This document shows positions 10,101 to 19,666 of a stretch of 64,000 nucleotides of DNA, piece by piece. The first letter of the stretch is position 1, and the number at the start of each line of letters is the position of its first letter. The notes beneath the pieces were generated by a model. It searched no databases, was not told where the DNA came from, and saw nothing but the letters and a program-made list of their open reading frames with translations. Source of the DNA: Myxococcota bacterium (GTDB lineage: Bacteria > Myxococcota_A > SURF-8); the NCBI GenBank assembly GCA_965140415.1, contig OZ223209.1, forward strand, positions 4,000,001 to 4,064,000, written 5' to 3'. Made by a program: the position numbers and the translations under genes.

Positions 10101-10115
10101 TGACAAATTTTGTCA
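10101..10115. promoter_or_regulatory. Perfect palindrome, candidate enhancer-binding-protein site
   Basis: TGACAAA-T-TTTGTCA in AT-rich DNA about 120 bp upstream of the predicted sigma54 start. Confidence 0.5.
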
Positions 10116-10263
10116 TTTTCCTGTAAAATTTGCGACACCACTGACAATCTTCGCCCAACATGAAAAAGAGATCAAAAACAAAGCGGTTATTCCTGATAAT
10201 TTGGAAAATTGCAATGTTTTTTGTAACATTAAGGAAGATATTTCTGCTATCCAAATGACTTCG

Positions 10264-10983
10264 TCACTCCTCAATTTCAACAAGCGACAGCTCCAGCTCC
10301 ATCTGGTTCTTCGGCATCGGCAATGTCACCGTAGAAGAGGAAAAGTCCTGCCGCTGTTGTTCATCTATGAACAAAGCAGGAAACAACACGCGCCCGACCG
10401 GAAGATCCGTAAAAGAACACGTTAAAGAAGAAGCCTGCTCCTCGCAAACAACCATCGGCAGTTGAAAACCGGTCTCTTGATCGATCATCGCAGCAGAAAT
10501 CACCTCTTCCGACTCAGCCCCCAACACCACAAGATCCATCTCCGAAGTTTCAAGCCGACTGACGGTCAAATCGACCATTCGAGTTTCTCCTGCCACAAGA
10601 TCCAATATTGCGGGCTCTTCCGTTGCATAACTTTTCAAGGTTTCCCCCTGCACCTTGAATAGTACAGCAGAGATGCTTCTCTCCGCTCCCGCCTCCACCT
10701 CAAGGCTCAACTCATACGCACTGGTCATATCAACTTCCGGTCCCAACACAAGTTGTCCGGTTTGAGGCTCAGTGAAATCCGCTGCATCCACCTTAACCTG
10801 AAACGCTACGGAAAATGCGTCTTCCTGCTCCTGCAACACTCTTGGCACCAAGCCGGTTTCATCCGTTATTTTAAGCGATACCGCTACACCGGCAGGTGCA
10901 TCTTCACCTTGAACGAAACAGCCGCCTAGGACAAGCGTCATCAATCCGGTCAGCAGGAACATCTTTATTGTTTGCCGTGCCAT
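10264..10983 (-). CDS. Hypothetical lipoprotein
   Basis: Lipobox LGGC, beta-rich acidic mature part; last gene of a tightly coupled operon. Confidence 0.8.
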   Translation of the reverse strand: MARQTIKMFLLTGLMTLVLGGCFVQGEDAPAGVAVSLKITDETGLVPRVLQEQEDAFSVAFQVKVDAADFTEPQTGQLVLGPEVDMTSAYELSLEVEAGAERSISAVLFKVQGETLKSYATEEPAILDLVAGETRMVDLTVSRLETSEMDLVVLGAESEEVISAAMIDQETGFQLPMVVCEEQASSLTCSFTDLPVGRVLFPALFIDEQQRQDFSSSTVTLPMPKNQMELELSLVEIEE

Positions 10984-10984
10984 A

Positions 10985-11788
10985 CTATTCCTTCACTTGC
11001 AAACGTACGGTAATCGTCGCCTTGCCGTGTTCCACTTCAACCCCCTGGCTCTGGCCGTTGACTTCTCCCGCACTGCCGCTGGAACCGGATTCCAAGCAGA
11101 CCGACTCGCCAGCGCTGGCGCGTTCGTCACGCTGCTGCCCGCCTTCGTTGCCGCCTCCGATTCCCACGTCCGCCTCGGTTACCGATACCGGAGCTTCAAA
11201 ATCAATCGGGCTATCGCCTTTTGTTTGCATTCCGGCGGTGCGAATTCCTTCGGGAACGGGTAGTTTCTTCCCTTCCGCCGAAAAACAATCCCATTCCGAT
11301 TCCGGCGATTTCGAATCGTCATGCCGAGAATGAGAAATGATTTCCTTCCCTTCACAATCCGTTAAACGGCTACCTTGCATCAAGCAGACGCTTCCCTGTT
11401 GATCCTCAATTTTGAATCGGCAGGTACCATGACAGGTCACATCCCGCTGGCGTCTGCAAGCGGTACTCCACGCGATGCTTTTTCCCGGAGGAGTTTCAAC
11501 TACGACACTACCTATCATCAATTTCGGAATCGGACTCAAGCGCAGACGGCTATTCTCCTCCAACAACACCAAACCCCGCTCCGGCGCGAACAAACGCACC
11601 CAGGCGCCTTTTCCCGTCGCGATTTCCGTTCCTAAAGGCACTCCGGCTTTGGTTTCCGGCACACTTGGATTGCGATTGACAATCACCGCCCCTTGCTGCT
11701 CTAGAATACTCCATTGCTGCGCCTGAGCCGGCATTGCCCACAAAACGCCCAGCAACAGTATCATGCCAAACAATACGTTTCGCATCAC
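10985..11788 (-). CDS. Secreted FecR-like domain protein
   Basis: Signal peptide; GTEIATGKGAWVRL...VLLEENSRLRL resembles the FecR beta domain. Confidence 0.6.
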   Translation of the reverse strand: MMRNVLFGMILLLGVLWAMPAQAQQWSILEQQGAVIVNRNPSVPETKAGVPLGTEIATGKGAWVRLFAPERGLVLLEENSRLRLSPIPKLMIGSVVVETPPGKSIAWSTACRRQRDVTCHGTCRFKIEDQQGSVCLMQGSRLTDCEGKEIISHSRHDDSKSPESEWDCFSAEGKKLPVPEGIRTAGMQTKGDSPIDFEAPVSVTEADVGIGGGNEGGQQRDERASAGESVCLESGSSGSAGEVNGQSQGVEVEHGKATITVRLQVKE

Positions 11789-13362
11789 CAGGCCCCCTTT
11801 CCGGTGAAGGTCAACATCACCCGGTGCTGAGTGTATTGATATAGATCCACCGTGCTGCGGTTATGGGTAGCATCGTAGGAAACGGAAAGGTCGAAATTGG
11901 CGGTCGGCGTGTAACTCAATGAAGCACCACCAGACAGCAAATGGTCACGCCGCGCCTCCGGCCAGTTCTGACTATCGTCGGAATGGTGATTGTTCAGATA
12001 TTCATAGCGCATCCATCCCACCAGTGAAACGCCATCGACCACAAGTCCGGAGAGTCCGGCAAACGGCCCCACGCCCCAGCGATCGTAATCCGCTCGACGT
12101 GCATTCTCGTAACGGCCATGAGCCTCTAAGAAAAGCTTGAGCCGTTCATCCAGAAAGAAGAAAGACTGTCCCAGGGTCGCACGCCCAAACGTATTGTCGC
12201 GTCCACGATGATGATAAAAACCGCGCCCTGCTGAAACTTTCAGGGAAGTTTGCGTGGTTGACTCTCCCAACTCGCCTTCGGTCACCGCATAACGCAGCCA
12301 ACCGGAATGAGACTCGCTATAAACGTACGTATCCGGCTCTTCAGCCATCGTTCCGCCATCCAGCCCGACCAACGAACCGCTGTATCCGACTTGAATTTCC
12401 TGATCCAGCCCGCCACCAATGAAGCGCAGACGATATCGTGGCGATACCAGTAGCGTCCAGGAAGAAAAATCATCTGCCGGATCTTCGTAATAAAAAGTAC
12501 GAGACAATGACAAATCCGCTCCAAGCAGATGTCGCGCCTTGCGCAACGGATAAACACCCAGTTTCAGCCGCAAACTTGTTCCAAACGAATCGGGGCTTTG
12601 CCCGCTCTCACTCGCAGGATCGTCCGGCTGCTGAATGACATTGCTTTCGTACAACAGGGAAATCGCTCCCGCCACGCTGATCAAGGGATAGCGCTGGGGA
12701 CCATCATAGGCCATCTGCAACATTCGCTGCGCCGAATCGGAAAAGGCATTCGGGCTACCAGGTCGGTCGATGTAGTTCGTTAAACTGCGTCTGGCGTGCA
12801 CGTTATCCTTCTGCTGCAATTGAGCCAGTCCGAGATAATAGTCGATCAATGGCAATTCGGACTTTGCCATTTGCGGAACCTTTTTAAAGTGACTTTCGGC
12901 TGTCATTGGATCCTGCAATCCCAGTGCAGCCAATCCAAGCAGGTAGTGATAGCGAGACCGCTGTGAATCGACCAGCAGCGTTTCGGCTTTGCGCAGAGTC
13001 CGCTGAGCCCAAACATGCTTTTCGCGTGCGAGATATACTTCGGCCAAGCGAAAATGAAGAGTGACACTCTTAGGTTGTGCGCGTAATGCACGCGCATAAG
13101 CCTTCTCTGCCTGTTTCCACTGTCGATTGCTTACATGCCAGGCAGCCATGGCTGTCAGCGCCTGCCAGCACTGCCGATCCTGTTGAAACGCCTGCTTCCA
13201 TGTTTGAATGGCGGACTGTTCTTCTCCTTGCAGCACCATCGCCTGCCCCTGTGCAACGGCGAAATTGCAAACCACATCTGCTTGCGCCGATGCAAATGGG
13301 ATCTGGCAACCCAACAAGATCGCAAGCCCCAACACCGATAGCAGGACTTTATTCCACGCCAT
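11785..13362 (-). CDS. TPR-repeat protein with C-terminal outer-membrane beta-barrel (Slam/DUF560-like architecture)
   Basis: Signal peptide, TPR helices (YLLGLA, YYLGLA), then YESNV and amphipathic strands, NRSTVDLYQY, terminal W. Confidence 0.7.
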   Translation of the reverse strand: MAWNKVLLSVLGLAILLGCQIPFASAQADVVCNFAVAQGQAMVLQGEEQSAIQTWKQAFQQDRQCWQALTAMAAWHVSNRQWKQAEKAYARALRAQPKSVTLHFRLAEVYLAREKHVWAQRTLRKAETLLVDSQRSRYHYLLGLAALGLQDPMTAESHFKKVPQMAKSELPLIDYYLGLAQLQQKDNVHARRSLTNYIDRPGSPNAFSDSAQRMLQMAYDGPQRYPLISVAGAISLLYESNVIQQPDDPASESGQSPDSFGTSLRLKLGVYPLRKARHLLGADLSLSRTFYYEDPADDFSSWTLLVSPRYRLRFIGGGLDQEIQVGYSGSLVGLDGGTMAEEPDTYVYSESHSGWLRYAVTEGELGESTTQTSLKVSAGRGFYHHRGRDNTFGRATLGQSFFFLDERLKLFLEAHGRYENARRADYDRWGVGPFAGLSGLVVDGVSLVGWMRYEYLNNHHSDDSQNWPEARRDHLLSGGASLSYTPTANFDLSVSYDATHNRSTVDLYQYTQHRVMLTFTGKGAW

Positions 13363-14206
13363 TTACGATGTCCTTTTCCTCTTCGATCCGGTCCCGCAAT
13401 TCCGTTTCCGTTTTAATTCCATGATAGAATTTGCCGTTAATGAAAATCCCCGGCGTTCCAATCACTCCCAGAGCCAGTCCTTCCATCTTTTCCTTGCGGA
13501 TACGGTCCAGGACATCCTTGGATTTCATGTCCTTTTTAAAACGTTCAAGATCCAACCCCAGCTTGCTCGCACACTGGTTCAATACTTCTTGCGAAAGGTC
13601 ATCACTTTCATAAAGAAGATCGTACATCGGCCAGAATTTTCCCTGCTTCTCCGCAGCCAATAACGCCTGGGCGGATACGAGTGCACTTTTGTGCTGTTTT
13701 ACCGGAAAGTTCTTGTAGTAATAGGTGATTAATCCGGTCTTTTCCTGGCTGATTCGTCGTAAAGCCGGAGCCGCAACGTTACAATACGGGCACTCGAAGT
13801 CCGCATAAACCACCACTTTGACCGCAGCCTTGGGATCACCGGAAGGCAATAATCCCGTTACATCGATCTGTTGCGTTTTGGGAGGATAGGCAGAGGCGGC
13901 CCGTTGCTCGATTTCGCGCAGAATATCCGCCTCGCTTTTACCTAAGATCGCGCGACGCACGACATAGGCCGCCAAACGCCTGGGAGTGTGCAAACTCGGT
14001 TCTTCATTCAAACAAGTCAGGATGGTATCGGAACATCCGGCATAGCATTCCGCCTTTTTCAGCACCGCTTCCGCCGTTGCCTTTTGTGTCCCCTGTAATT
14101 CCTTCGCGCCTTCAATCGCCGACCAAGGAATTGGATTCTGCTCCGCCCAAACCGGCATTGCGAACAGACACAGTAACAGGACACACATCCACCCACTCCG
14201 ACTCAT
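13349..14206 (-). CDS. DsbA-family thioredoxin-like protein with extra N-terminal Cys domain
   Basis: YADFECPYC active site, GTP cis-Pro loop, signal peptide, N-terminal CYAGC...C. Confidence 0.9.
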   Translation of the reverse strand: MSRSGWMCVLLLCLFAMPVWAEQNPIPWSAIEGAKELQGTQKATAEAVLKKAECYAGCSDTILTCLNEEPSLHTPRRLAAYVVRRAILGKSEADILREIEQRAASAYPPKTQQIDVTGLLPSGDPKAAVKVVVYADFECPYCNVAAPALRRISQEKTGLITYYYKNFPVKQHKSALVSAQALLAAEKQGKFWPMYDLLYESDDLSQEVLNQCASKLGLDLERFKKDMKSKDVLDRIRKEKMEGLALGVIGTPGIFINGKFYHGIKTETELRDRIEEEKDIVNGVE

Positions 14207-14682
14207 TATCCTCTCCTTTTTATCCAGCGGTCCAGGCCGTAACGACCATCATCACATATCAGAACGAAACCGGAACAAAACAACCACCCCAGATCGCGAA
14301 ACACGGTATGTACCCCGATCTCGTCGGCAGCCGCCTGACTGGCAAAGCAGCCGCAAGACATCTTCAGGTCTTTGGTCAGTGCAATACCCAAAGCGGCAAT
14401 AAACATCAGCATCATACCACTCACCAACAAAGCGGCTTCGCGCGTCCACAATCCCGCAATCAAACTTGCACCCACGATCAACTCAAGCCACGGCAGAAAC
14501 AAGGTAAACACATTGATCATCGCCAGCGGCAAAATCTGGTAGGTCGCAACCGACAGGGCGAAGACCTGCGGATCGTAGATTTTAAACAGGCTGGCCAATA
14601 CGAATACCAACCCGATATACACTCGTAGCGGTAACGCCAAACGCACCGCCCATGTTTTCATGTGCGTTCGCTCCAGCATCAC
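14206..14682 (-). CDS. MauE/DoxX family membrane protein
   Basis: Four TM helices, LPWLELIVG, SCGCF, FRD motifs. Confidence 0.88.
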   Translation of the reverse strand: MMLERTHMKTWAVRLALPLRVYIGLVFVLASLFKIYDPQVFALSVATYQILPLAMINVFTLFLPWLELIVGASLIAGLWTREAALLVSGMMLMFIAALGIALTKDLKMSCGCFASQAAADEIGVHTVFRDLGWLFCSGFVLICDDGRYGLDRWIKRRG

Positions 14683-15179
14683 TCGCCCTTCCCGTTTTCA
14701 AACAAACGTCGATATGTAGGCTCGTCCTTCAAATACCCCACATTCTCCAACTCGGTGGAGATCAATTCATCGGCCAATGCCTTGGCGGAAACGGCATCTC
14801 CTACCACAAGCAACGTGCGCCCCTCCTGTTTCTCGGCCAAACTCTTCACAATTTCTTCCGAAACGGGAAAGATAGGATCGTATGGAACCGAAAGTGCGGA
14901 ATCGGCATGTCCAACTTCAAACTGAGCGCCTGGCCGAGCATCGACAATCAGAAAACGCGCCCTGTCCAGCAAAACCGTGTCGAGAGAAATCTCCTGAGAC
15001 GTCTTCAGGGTTTCGGGACAATCCTGAAAAATCTCGTATGGTTGTTGTGCGACCCAAGGCAATGGGGTAGGTCGAGCTGCATTAACGACAAACGCCAGCA
15101 ACGCAGATAGCGAAACCAGAATCGCCATCCGTATGATCGAGCGCGTAATGATGCGCCGGTATCCCTCCATCAGACTCAT
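14679..15179 (-). CDS. Membrane-anchored rhodanese-like protein (no catalytic Cys evident)
   Basis: VDARPGAQFEVGHADSALSVPY; active-loop position reads VVGD; adjacent to MauE. Confidence 0.75.
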   Translation of the reverse strand: MSLMEGYRRIITRSIIRMAILVSLSALLAFVVNAARPTPLPWVAQQPYEIFQDCPETLKTSQEISLDTVLLDRARFLIVDARPGAQFEVGHADSALSVPYDPIFPVSEEIVKSLAEKQEGRTLLVVGDAVSAKALADELISTELENVGYLKDEPTYRRLFENGKGE

Positions 15180-15181
15180 CC

Positions 15182-16246
15182 TTACTTACAACAGCGGAAT
15201 CCCACGTTATTGATCGCTTCGGCTCCGTCTTTTCGAATGTACGTACACATGTGCAGCTTTTTCGAATTGCTGCAATTGTAAGCGCCCCCGCGCGCCTGCC
15301 CGCTCGGGTCGCTATCCCACTCCCAGACATTGCCGTTTAAATCGTAGGCGCCATACTCTCCCACGCAGTCCTCCAACACACCGGTCGGCACGACTTTGAA
15401 TACGACCTTGCCGTCATCCAACGCCTGTAATCCGCAACCGAACACGGGTTGCTCGCAAAACGTATCGATACCATTACAAGTTGCAGCCTCGTAGTCGGCT
15501 CCATAACAATAGTCCGCCTCCTCGCTGCCTTGACAAGCCGAGAGCCATTCGCCAGGGTTGCACAGTCGTTTCTCAGCGTGTTCGCAAGCCGATGCAGCCT
15601 GCTGTACGGAGAGATTCACCCAGGGCAATACGCCTTGTCTGGAAGTAGCTCGGCTTTCATCCGTTCCCGCGCTCGATTCCGTTGCATCGGGACGCGAAGC
15701 TTCATAGCGATCGATACAAAACAGCCCATCTACCGCAACCATATCTTCCGGACAACAAAGCAGATCCTCGTCGATCAGCCAGTCACAGTCGTTATCGATA
15801 CCGTCACAGATTTCGACACCGCCATTGGTAATCGTACATTCGCAACCTTCATCGATCTGGCCGTTGCAATCGTTATCCACACTATCGCAAACTTCTTCCG
15901 GATCTGCTGTCGGTTTGCATTCGCAACCGTTCTGAGGTTGCAAATCGGCATCGAAAAAGCCTTCATCACAAGCGATTAGACGACACTCACCGTGCACGCA
16001 TTCACTATCTGCTTGCGGTGCGCGTGGGTAGGGGCAACCTTGACAGCCCACGGAATTTTCGCAGCGGTTATTGATACAGCTTTCATCGATGTCGCAATCG
16101 AGGTCTTCCTGGCATTGCAGAATACAGGTTTTCTCTTCGCTACAGATCTGCACACCGCCGCAATCCTCATCCGTCAAACATTCACCCTCGACCACACAAG
16201 CCGAAAGTAGAAACAGACAACCCAAACTCCACACGAATACTCGCAT
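15182..16246 (-). CDS. Cys-rich lipoprotein with C-terminal FGE/SUMF1 (CLec-fold) domain
   Basis: Lipobox LSAC, CDGIDNDCD-type repeats, FCIDRYEA, YDLNGNVWEW, RGG, VGFRCC. Confidence 0.88.
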   Translation of the reverse strand: MRVFVWSLGCLFLLSACVVEGECLTDEDCGGVQICSEEKTCILQCQEDLDCDIDESCINNRCENSVGCQGCPYPRAPQADSECVHGECRLIACDEGFFDADLQPQNGCECKPTADPEEVCDSVDNDCNGQIDEGCECTITNGGVEICDGIDNDCDWLIDEDLLCCPEDMVAVDGLFCIDRYEASRPDATESSAGTDESRATSRQGVLPWVNLSVQQAASACEHAEKRLCNPGEWLSACQGSEEADYCYGADYEAATCNGIDTFCEQPVFGCGLQALDDGKVVFKVVPTGVLEDCVGEYGAYDLNGNVWEWDSDPSGQARGGAYNCSNSKKLHMCTYIRKDGAEAINNVGFRCCK

Positions 16247-16385
16247 CGCTCTTTCCCAATATCTTAAATCACGGTCAATTCAGAGAGAACCACAAACCGG
16301 TCCCATCCAATAATACCGGTGTTTTCCCAAGAGTACCACTGTATGGAGCTTTTGCAAGAGTTGGCTTGAAAAAACTTAGGTATTC

Positions 16386-17258
16386 CTAACGAAGGGTGTC
16401 TACATTGGAGGGTTGAGAGGCTTGGAAGCCATAGGCGTTTTCGATGCGCTGGCGCTGAATTTGGGCTTTCTGGTCAAGCTGCTGCTGTTCACGTTCGACA
16501 TCGCGCTCGATTTCACGATCCATTTGCATTTCCGCCTCACGCGCTTCTCTCTGCTGCTTAGCCTCTTCCTCTCGCAGAATTCGGGCTTCCGCCTCCAATT
16601 TACGCAGTTCCTGGCGTGCTTCCTGCTCGTTGGCACTGGCGCGAGCGGCAGTGGATTGATCCTGGGCCGAGGTTTCCGGCGGTGCAAGGGCTGCGGCTCG
16701 TACAATCTGCATTTTCGCGATGGTGCTTTCCGGTTCACGCTCCTTGGACGCGTCGATCCCGACTTCACCACCAACGGCATAGCGTCCGCCATCCGGCCCC
16801 TTTTCATATACATAATTGGGACCGGAAGTAATGTACTGCCCTCCCACTGCGACATGCATCTGCTCGTGCTGACGAACTTCCCTGTCCCGGCCACGTAGGT
16901 AGGACAGGTACTCCTGCTCCTCGGCAGTCATGACACTGCCATCGGGTCGCTTGGCGCTGGCACTGGTCTTCGCCTCTTTTTCGTTTTCTGCCTGCTCTTT
17001 TTTAGCTTGTTGCTCGCGAAGCAACCGGGTGTCGTCGTCTTCAATGGGAGGCTTGATTTCACCGGGAATACGGGTGGGGAAGATTTGAGGCACAACTGTA
17101 CCCGACCCCTCTGCGGAGCCGGTTGCGGAAGCCGTACTGGTCGACATAGTATCCTGAGAGACGGCTACGTCCCTTTGCCCTACGGATCGCCTTCCATGGC
17201 TTCCCCCCCCGAAGGATGGCCAAGTTGACTGGGCAAGGCCGGTCACTTTCATCGCCAC
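16386..17258 (-). CDS. SprA-related family protein (putative metalloprotease)
   Basis: RDREVRQHEQMH, GPDGGRYAVGGEV, RAAALAP..SAQD; GTG start with GGAGG RBS. Confidence 0.85.
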   Translation of the reverse strand: MAMKVTGLAQSTWPSFGGGSHGRRSVGQRDVAVSQDTMSTSTASATGSAEGSGTVVPQIFPTRIPGEIKPPIEDDDTRLLREQQAKKEQAENEKEAKTSASAKRPDGSVMTAEEQEYLSYLRGRDREVRQHEQMHVAVGGQYITSGPNYVYEKGPDGGRYAVGGEVGIDASKEREPESTIAKMQIVRAAALAPPETSAQDQSTAARASANEQEARQELRKLEAEARILREEEAKQQREAREAEMQMDREIERDVEREQQQLDQKAQIQRQRIENAYGFQASQPSNVDTLR

Positions 17259-17281
17259 ACCTCCATGTCCCTCAACTGTAA

Positions 17282-17309
17282 ATTATACAAGTTATAGAAC
17301 TTCTGTCAA
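17282..17309 (-). promoter_or_regulatory. Consensus sigma70 promoter of the SprA-related gene
   Basis: TTGACA-16 nt-TATAAT on the minus strand; palindrome AAGTT-N4-AACTT in the spacer. Confidence 0.75.
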
Positions 17310-17459
17310 TAGCTTTAAAAGCATTCTCAAAAAAATGGAATGTTACCCCATTTTTCCAATCATTGACCTTGTGAAATGCATGACGTATGCTGTTTCGCGA
17401 CTGATGATCCAGCATCGAACTCCGACCCCATGGGTCTTTTGAACAGGAAGGACAATCCC

Positions 17460-18176
17460 ATGACTCAGTATCGCATCCGGCCCTTGGTAGTGGGTTTGAA
17501 TGAAACCGACCAGGGCATTATGACCTATCAGAAATTCTACGGAGAGCGCATTCACCTGCCCATCTATGTATTTGCGCTGGAAGGCGGTCCCCAGAAGATC
17601 CTGATCGATACCGGACTGGAAGATTTCATCGTGCCGGAAGGCGTGGAAGAAAAATACGGTTTCAAAGTGCTGCATTTCGAAGATGCACTGGCTTCTATCG
17701 GCTGGAAACCGGAAGATGTAGACATCATCATCCACACGCATTTACACAACGATCATTGTGAGAATGATTATAAGTGCAAAAACGCCAAAGTTTACGTGCA
17801 AAAACAAGAACTTGAGTTCATGAAGAATCCGCATCCCCTGGACCATCGCTACTACGACGATGTCCTGGATGAAAGCGAGGTAATCGAAATCGACGGTGAC
17901 ATGGAGATCGTAGAAGGAATCCAGGTTTTCCTTAGTCCCGGACACACACCAGGGGGACAATCGGTGGCAATCGACACATCTGCGGGAAAAGCCTTGATTA
18001 CCGGTTTTTGCAGTAATAGCCGTAACTTCCCTAAAAATGGACCCGCCATCGTGCCGGGAGTTCATCTTGATGCGATGCAGTGCTATGATAGTGTACAGAA
18101 AGTCGTTGATTTTAAAGCGGATATCTTGATTCCGTTACATGCCATCGAAATCGGCGCGAAGAGCAGCATTCCCTGA
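17460..18176 (+). CDS. Metallo-beta-lactamase-fold hydrolase, N-acyl homoserine lactonase family
   Basis: IDTG, HTHLHNDH, PGHTPGGQS; ATG 17460 after AGGA. Confidence 0.85.
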   Translation: MTQYRIRPLVVGLNETDQGIMTYQKFYGERIHLPIYVFALEGGPQKILIDTGLEDFIVPEGVEEKYGFKVLHFEDALASIGWKPEDVDIIIHTHLHNDHCENDYKCKNAKVYVQKQELEFMKNPHPLDHRYYDDVLDESEVIEIDGDMEIVEGIQVFLSPGHTPGGQSVAIDTSAGKALITGFCSNSRNFPKNGPAIVPGVHLDAMQCYDSVQKVVDFKADILIPLHAIEIGAKSSIP

Positions 18177-18272
18177 TTCGCATGAAAACGCGAGGCAGAA
18201 ACGGACTTTATCCTGTTTCTGAAAACTCAGATTCAGGATAAAGCCCGAACTGTCCTCAGTGAGGAAATTGAG

Positions 18273-18626
18273 CTATCCTTCCAGAAATTCTCCACCTTCA
18301 GAGAGTTCATGAGTGGAAACCGCCTGCTCGATCAACTTACGTGCCTCCTCCAATAAGCGGCTGTCCACCACCAGGTGAACGTCCCCCATGATTCCGGCAG
18401 AAGTTGGAAATGATGAACTTTCCAGACTTCTCAAATTACTGACAATCCCCTCCTCTGCCAATATGGATTGCAGTTTGTCTGCTTCCATTCGATTGGCGCA
18501 GGCATACAACTCGACAAAATCCAGATCTGCTACTTCATCGAGTTGCTCGACAAGATCCTGACCACACTCGGCGCATACATCTGCACCACTGACGTACTCG
18601 ATTCGGCAATTCGGACAGTACGGCAT
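18273..18626 (-). CDS. Zinc-ribbon/DUF2007 domain protein
   Basis: MPYCPNC..CAECG followed by EADKLQSILAEEGI. Confidence 0.8.
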   Translation of the reverse strand: MPYCPNCRIEYVSGADVCAECGQDLVEQLDEVADLDFVELYACANRMEADKLQSILAEEGIVSNLRSLESSSFPTSAGIMGDVHLVVDSRLLEEARKLIEQAVSTHELSEGGEFLEG

Positions 18627-18881
18627 GTGACCCTCCTCCCATTTTCTTAGGATTCGACAGGTAAAAGCCTTCCTTCTAAATGATCCCCCTTCTTCCCTTC
18701 AGGGTCAATCGAAAAACGCGTACAGTCCATTTTTTCAATCCTCGGGTTTGCTGCTATGGCATCCCTAAATTTATCTTGTCAAGCGCTCACGAGCATGATA
18801 ATACTGACTTTCCAAAGCAATAGCGTTGTATTTTCAACTCAACGATTCCACCTATTTGGTCAATATAAGGAGATATAGTTC

Positions 18882-19637
18882 ATGTCAGGTCACAATAAAT
18901 GGAGTTCCATCAAGCACCGCAAAGGCGCCCAGGATGCCAAGCGCGGCAAGATGTTCACCAAATTCATTAAGGAAATTACGATGGCGGCCCGCGAGGGCGG
19001 CGGCGATCCGAACTCGAATGCGCGCTTACGTACGGCTATCGCCACGGCCAAGTCCGGCAGTATGCCCAATGACAACATCGATCGCGCCATCAAAAAAGGC
19101 ACCGGCGAACTGGAAGGCGGTCAGTTTGAAGAAATCACCTATGAAGGCTACGGTCCCGGTGGAGTGGCTCTGCTGATCGAAACCGTTTCCGATAACCGTA
19201 ACCGCACCACGGCGGAAGTCCGCCACTGCCTCTCCAAAAACAACGGAAACCTGGGCGAAAACGGTTGCGTATCGTGGATGTTCGACCGCTGCGGCTCCAT
19301 TACCATCGAAGGTGAAAACCTCGATGAAGACGAAGTGATGGAATTCGGGCTGGAGTTGGACGGCTTCAAAGATCTGGAAAAAGACGGTGATTCCATTACG
19401 ATCTCTACCGAAATGACATCGCTGTATTCCATTCGCGAAGCATTGGCCGAAAAGGGCTATAACGTTACCGAAGCCAAACTGAACCGTATTCCCCAGAACA
19501 CCGTGCAGATCGAAGGTAAAAAGGCCCAGCAGCTTTTCAAACTGATGGATATGCTGGAAGACAATGACGACGTACAGGACGTGTACGCCAATTACGAAAT
19601 CGACGATGAGGAAATGGAGCGTCTCACCGGGGAATAG
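18882..19637 (+). CDS. yebC: YebC/PmpR family protein
   Basis: MSGHNKWSSIKHRK, YEGYGPGG, DDVQDVYAN. Confidence 0.97.
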   Translation: MSGHNKWSSIKHRKGAQDAKRGKMFTKFIKEITMAAREGGGDPNSNARLRTAIATAKSGSMPNDNIDRAIKKGTGELEGGQFEEITYEGYGPGGVALLIETVSDNRNRTTAEVRHCLSKNNGNLGENGCVSWMFDRCGSITIEGENLDEDEVMEFGLELDGFKDLEKDGDSITISTEMTSLYSIREALAEKGYNVTEAKLNRIPQNTVQIEGKKAQQLFKLMDMLEDNDDVQDVYANYEIDDEEMERLTGE

Positions 19638-19666
19638 CCGGTTGAGGCTTTAGGAGATTACCTTTC

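Noticed and set aside
9973-10425. 150-aa plus-strand ORF
   Set aside because: AT-rich regulatory DNA overlapping the real lipoprotein gene; not protein-like
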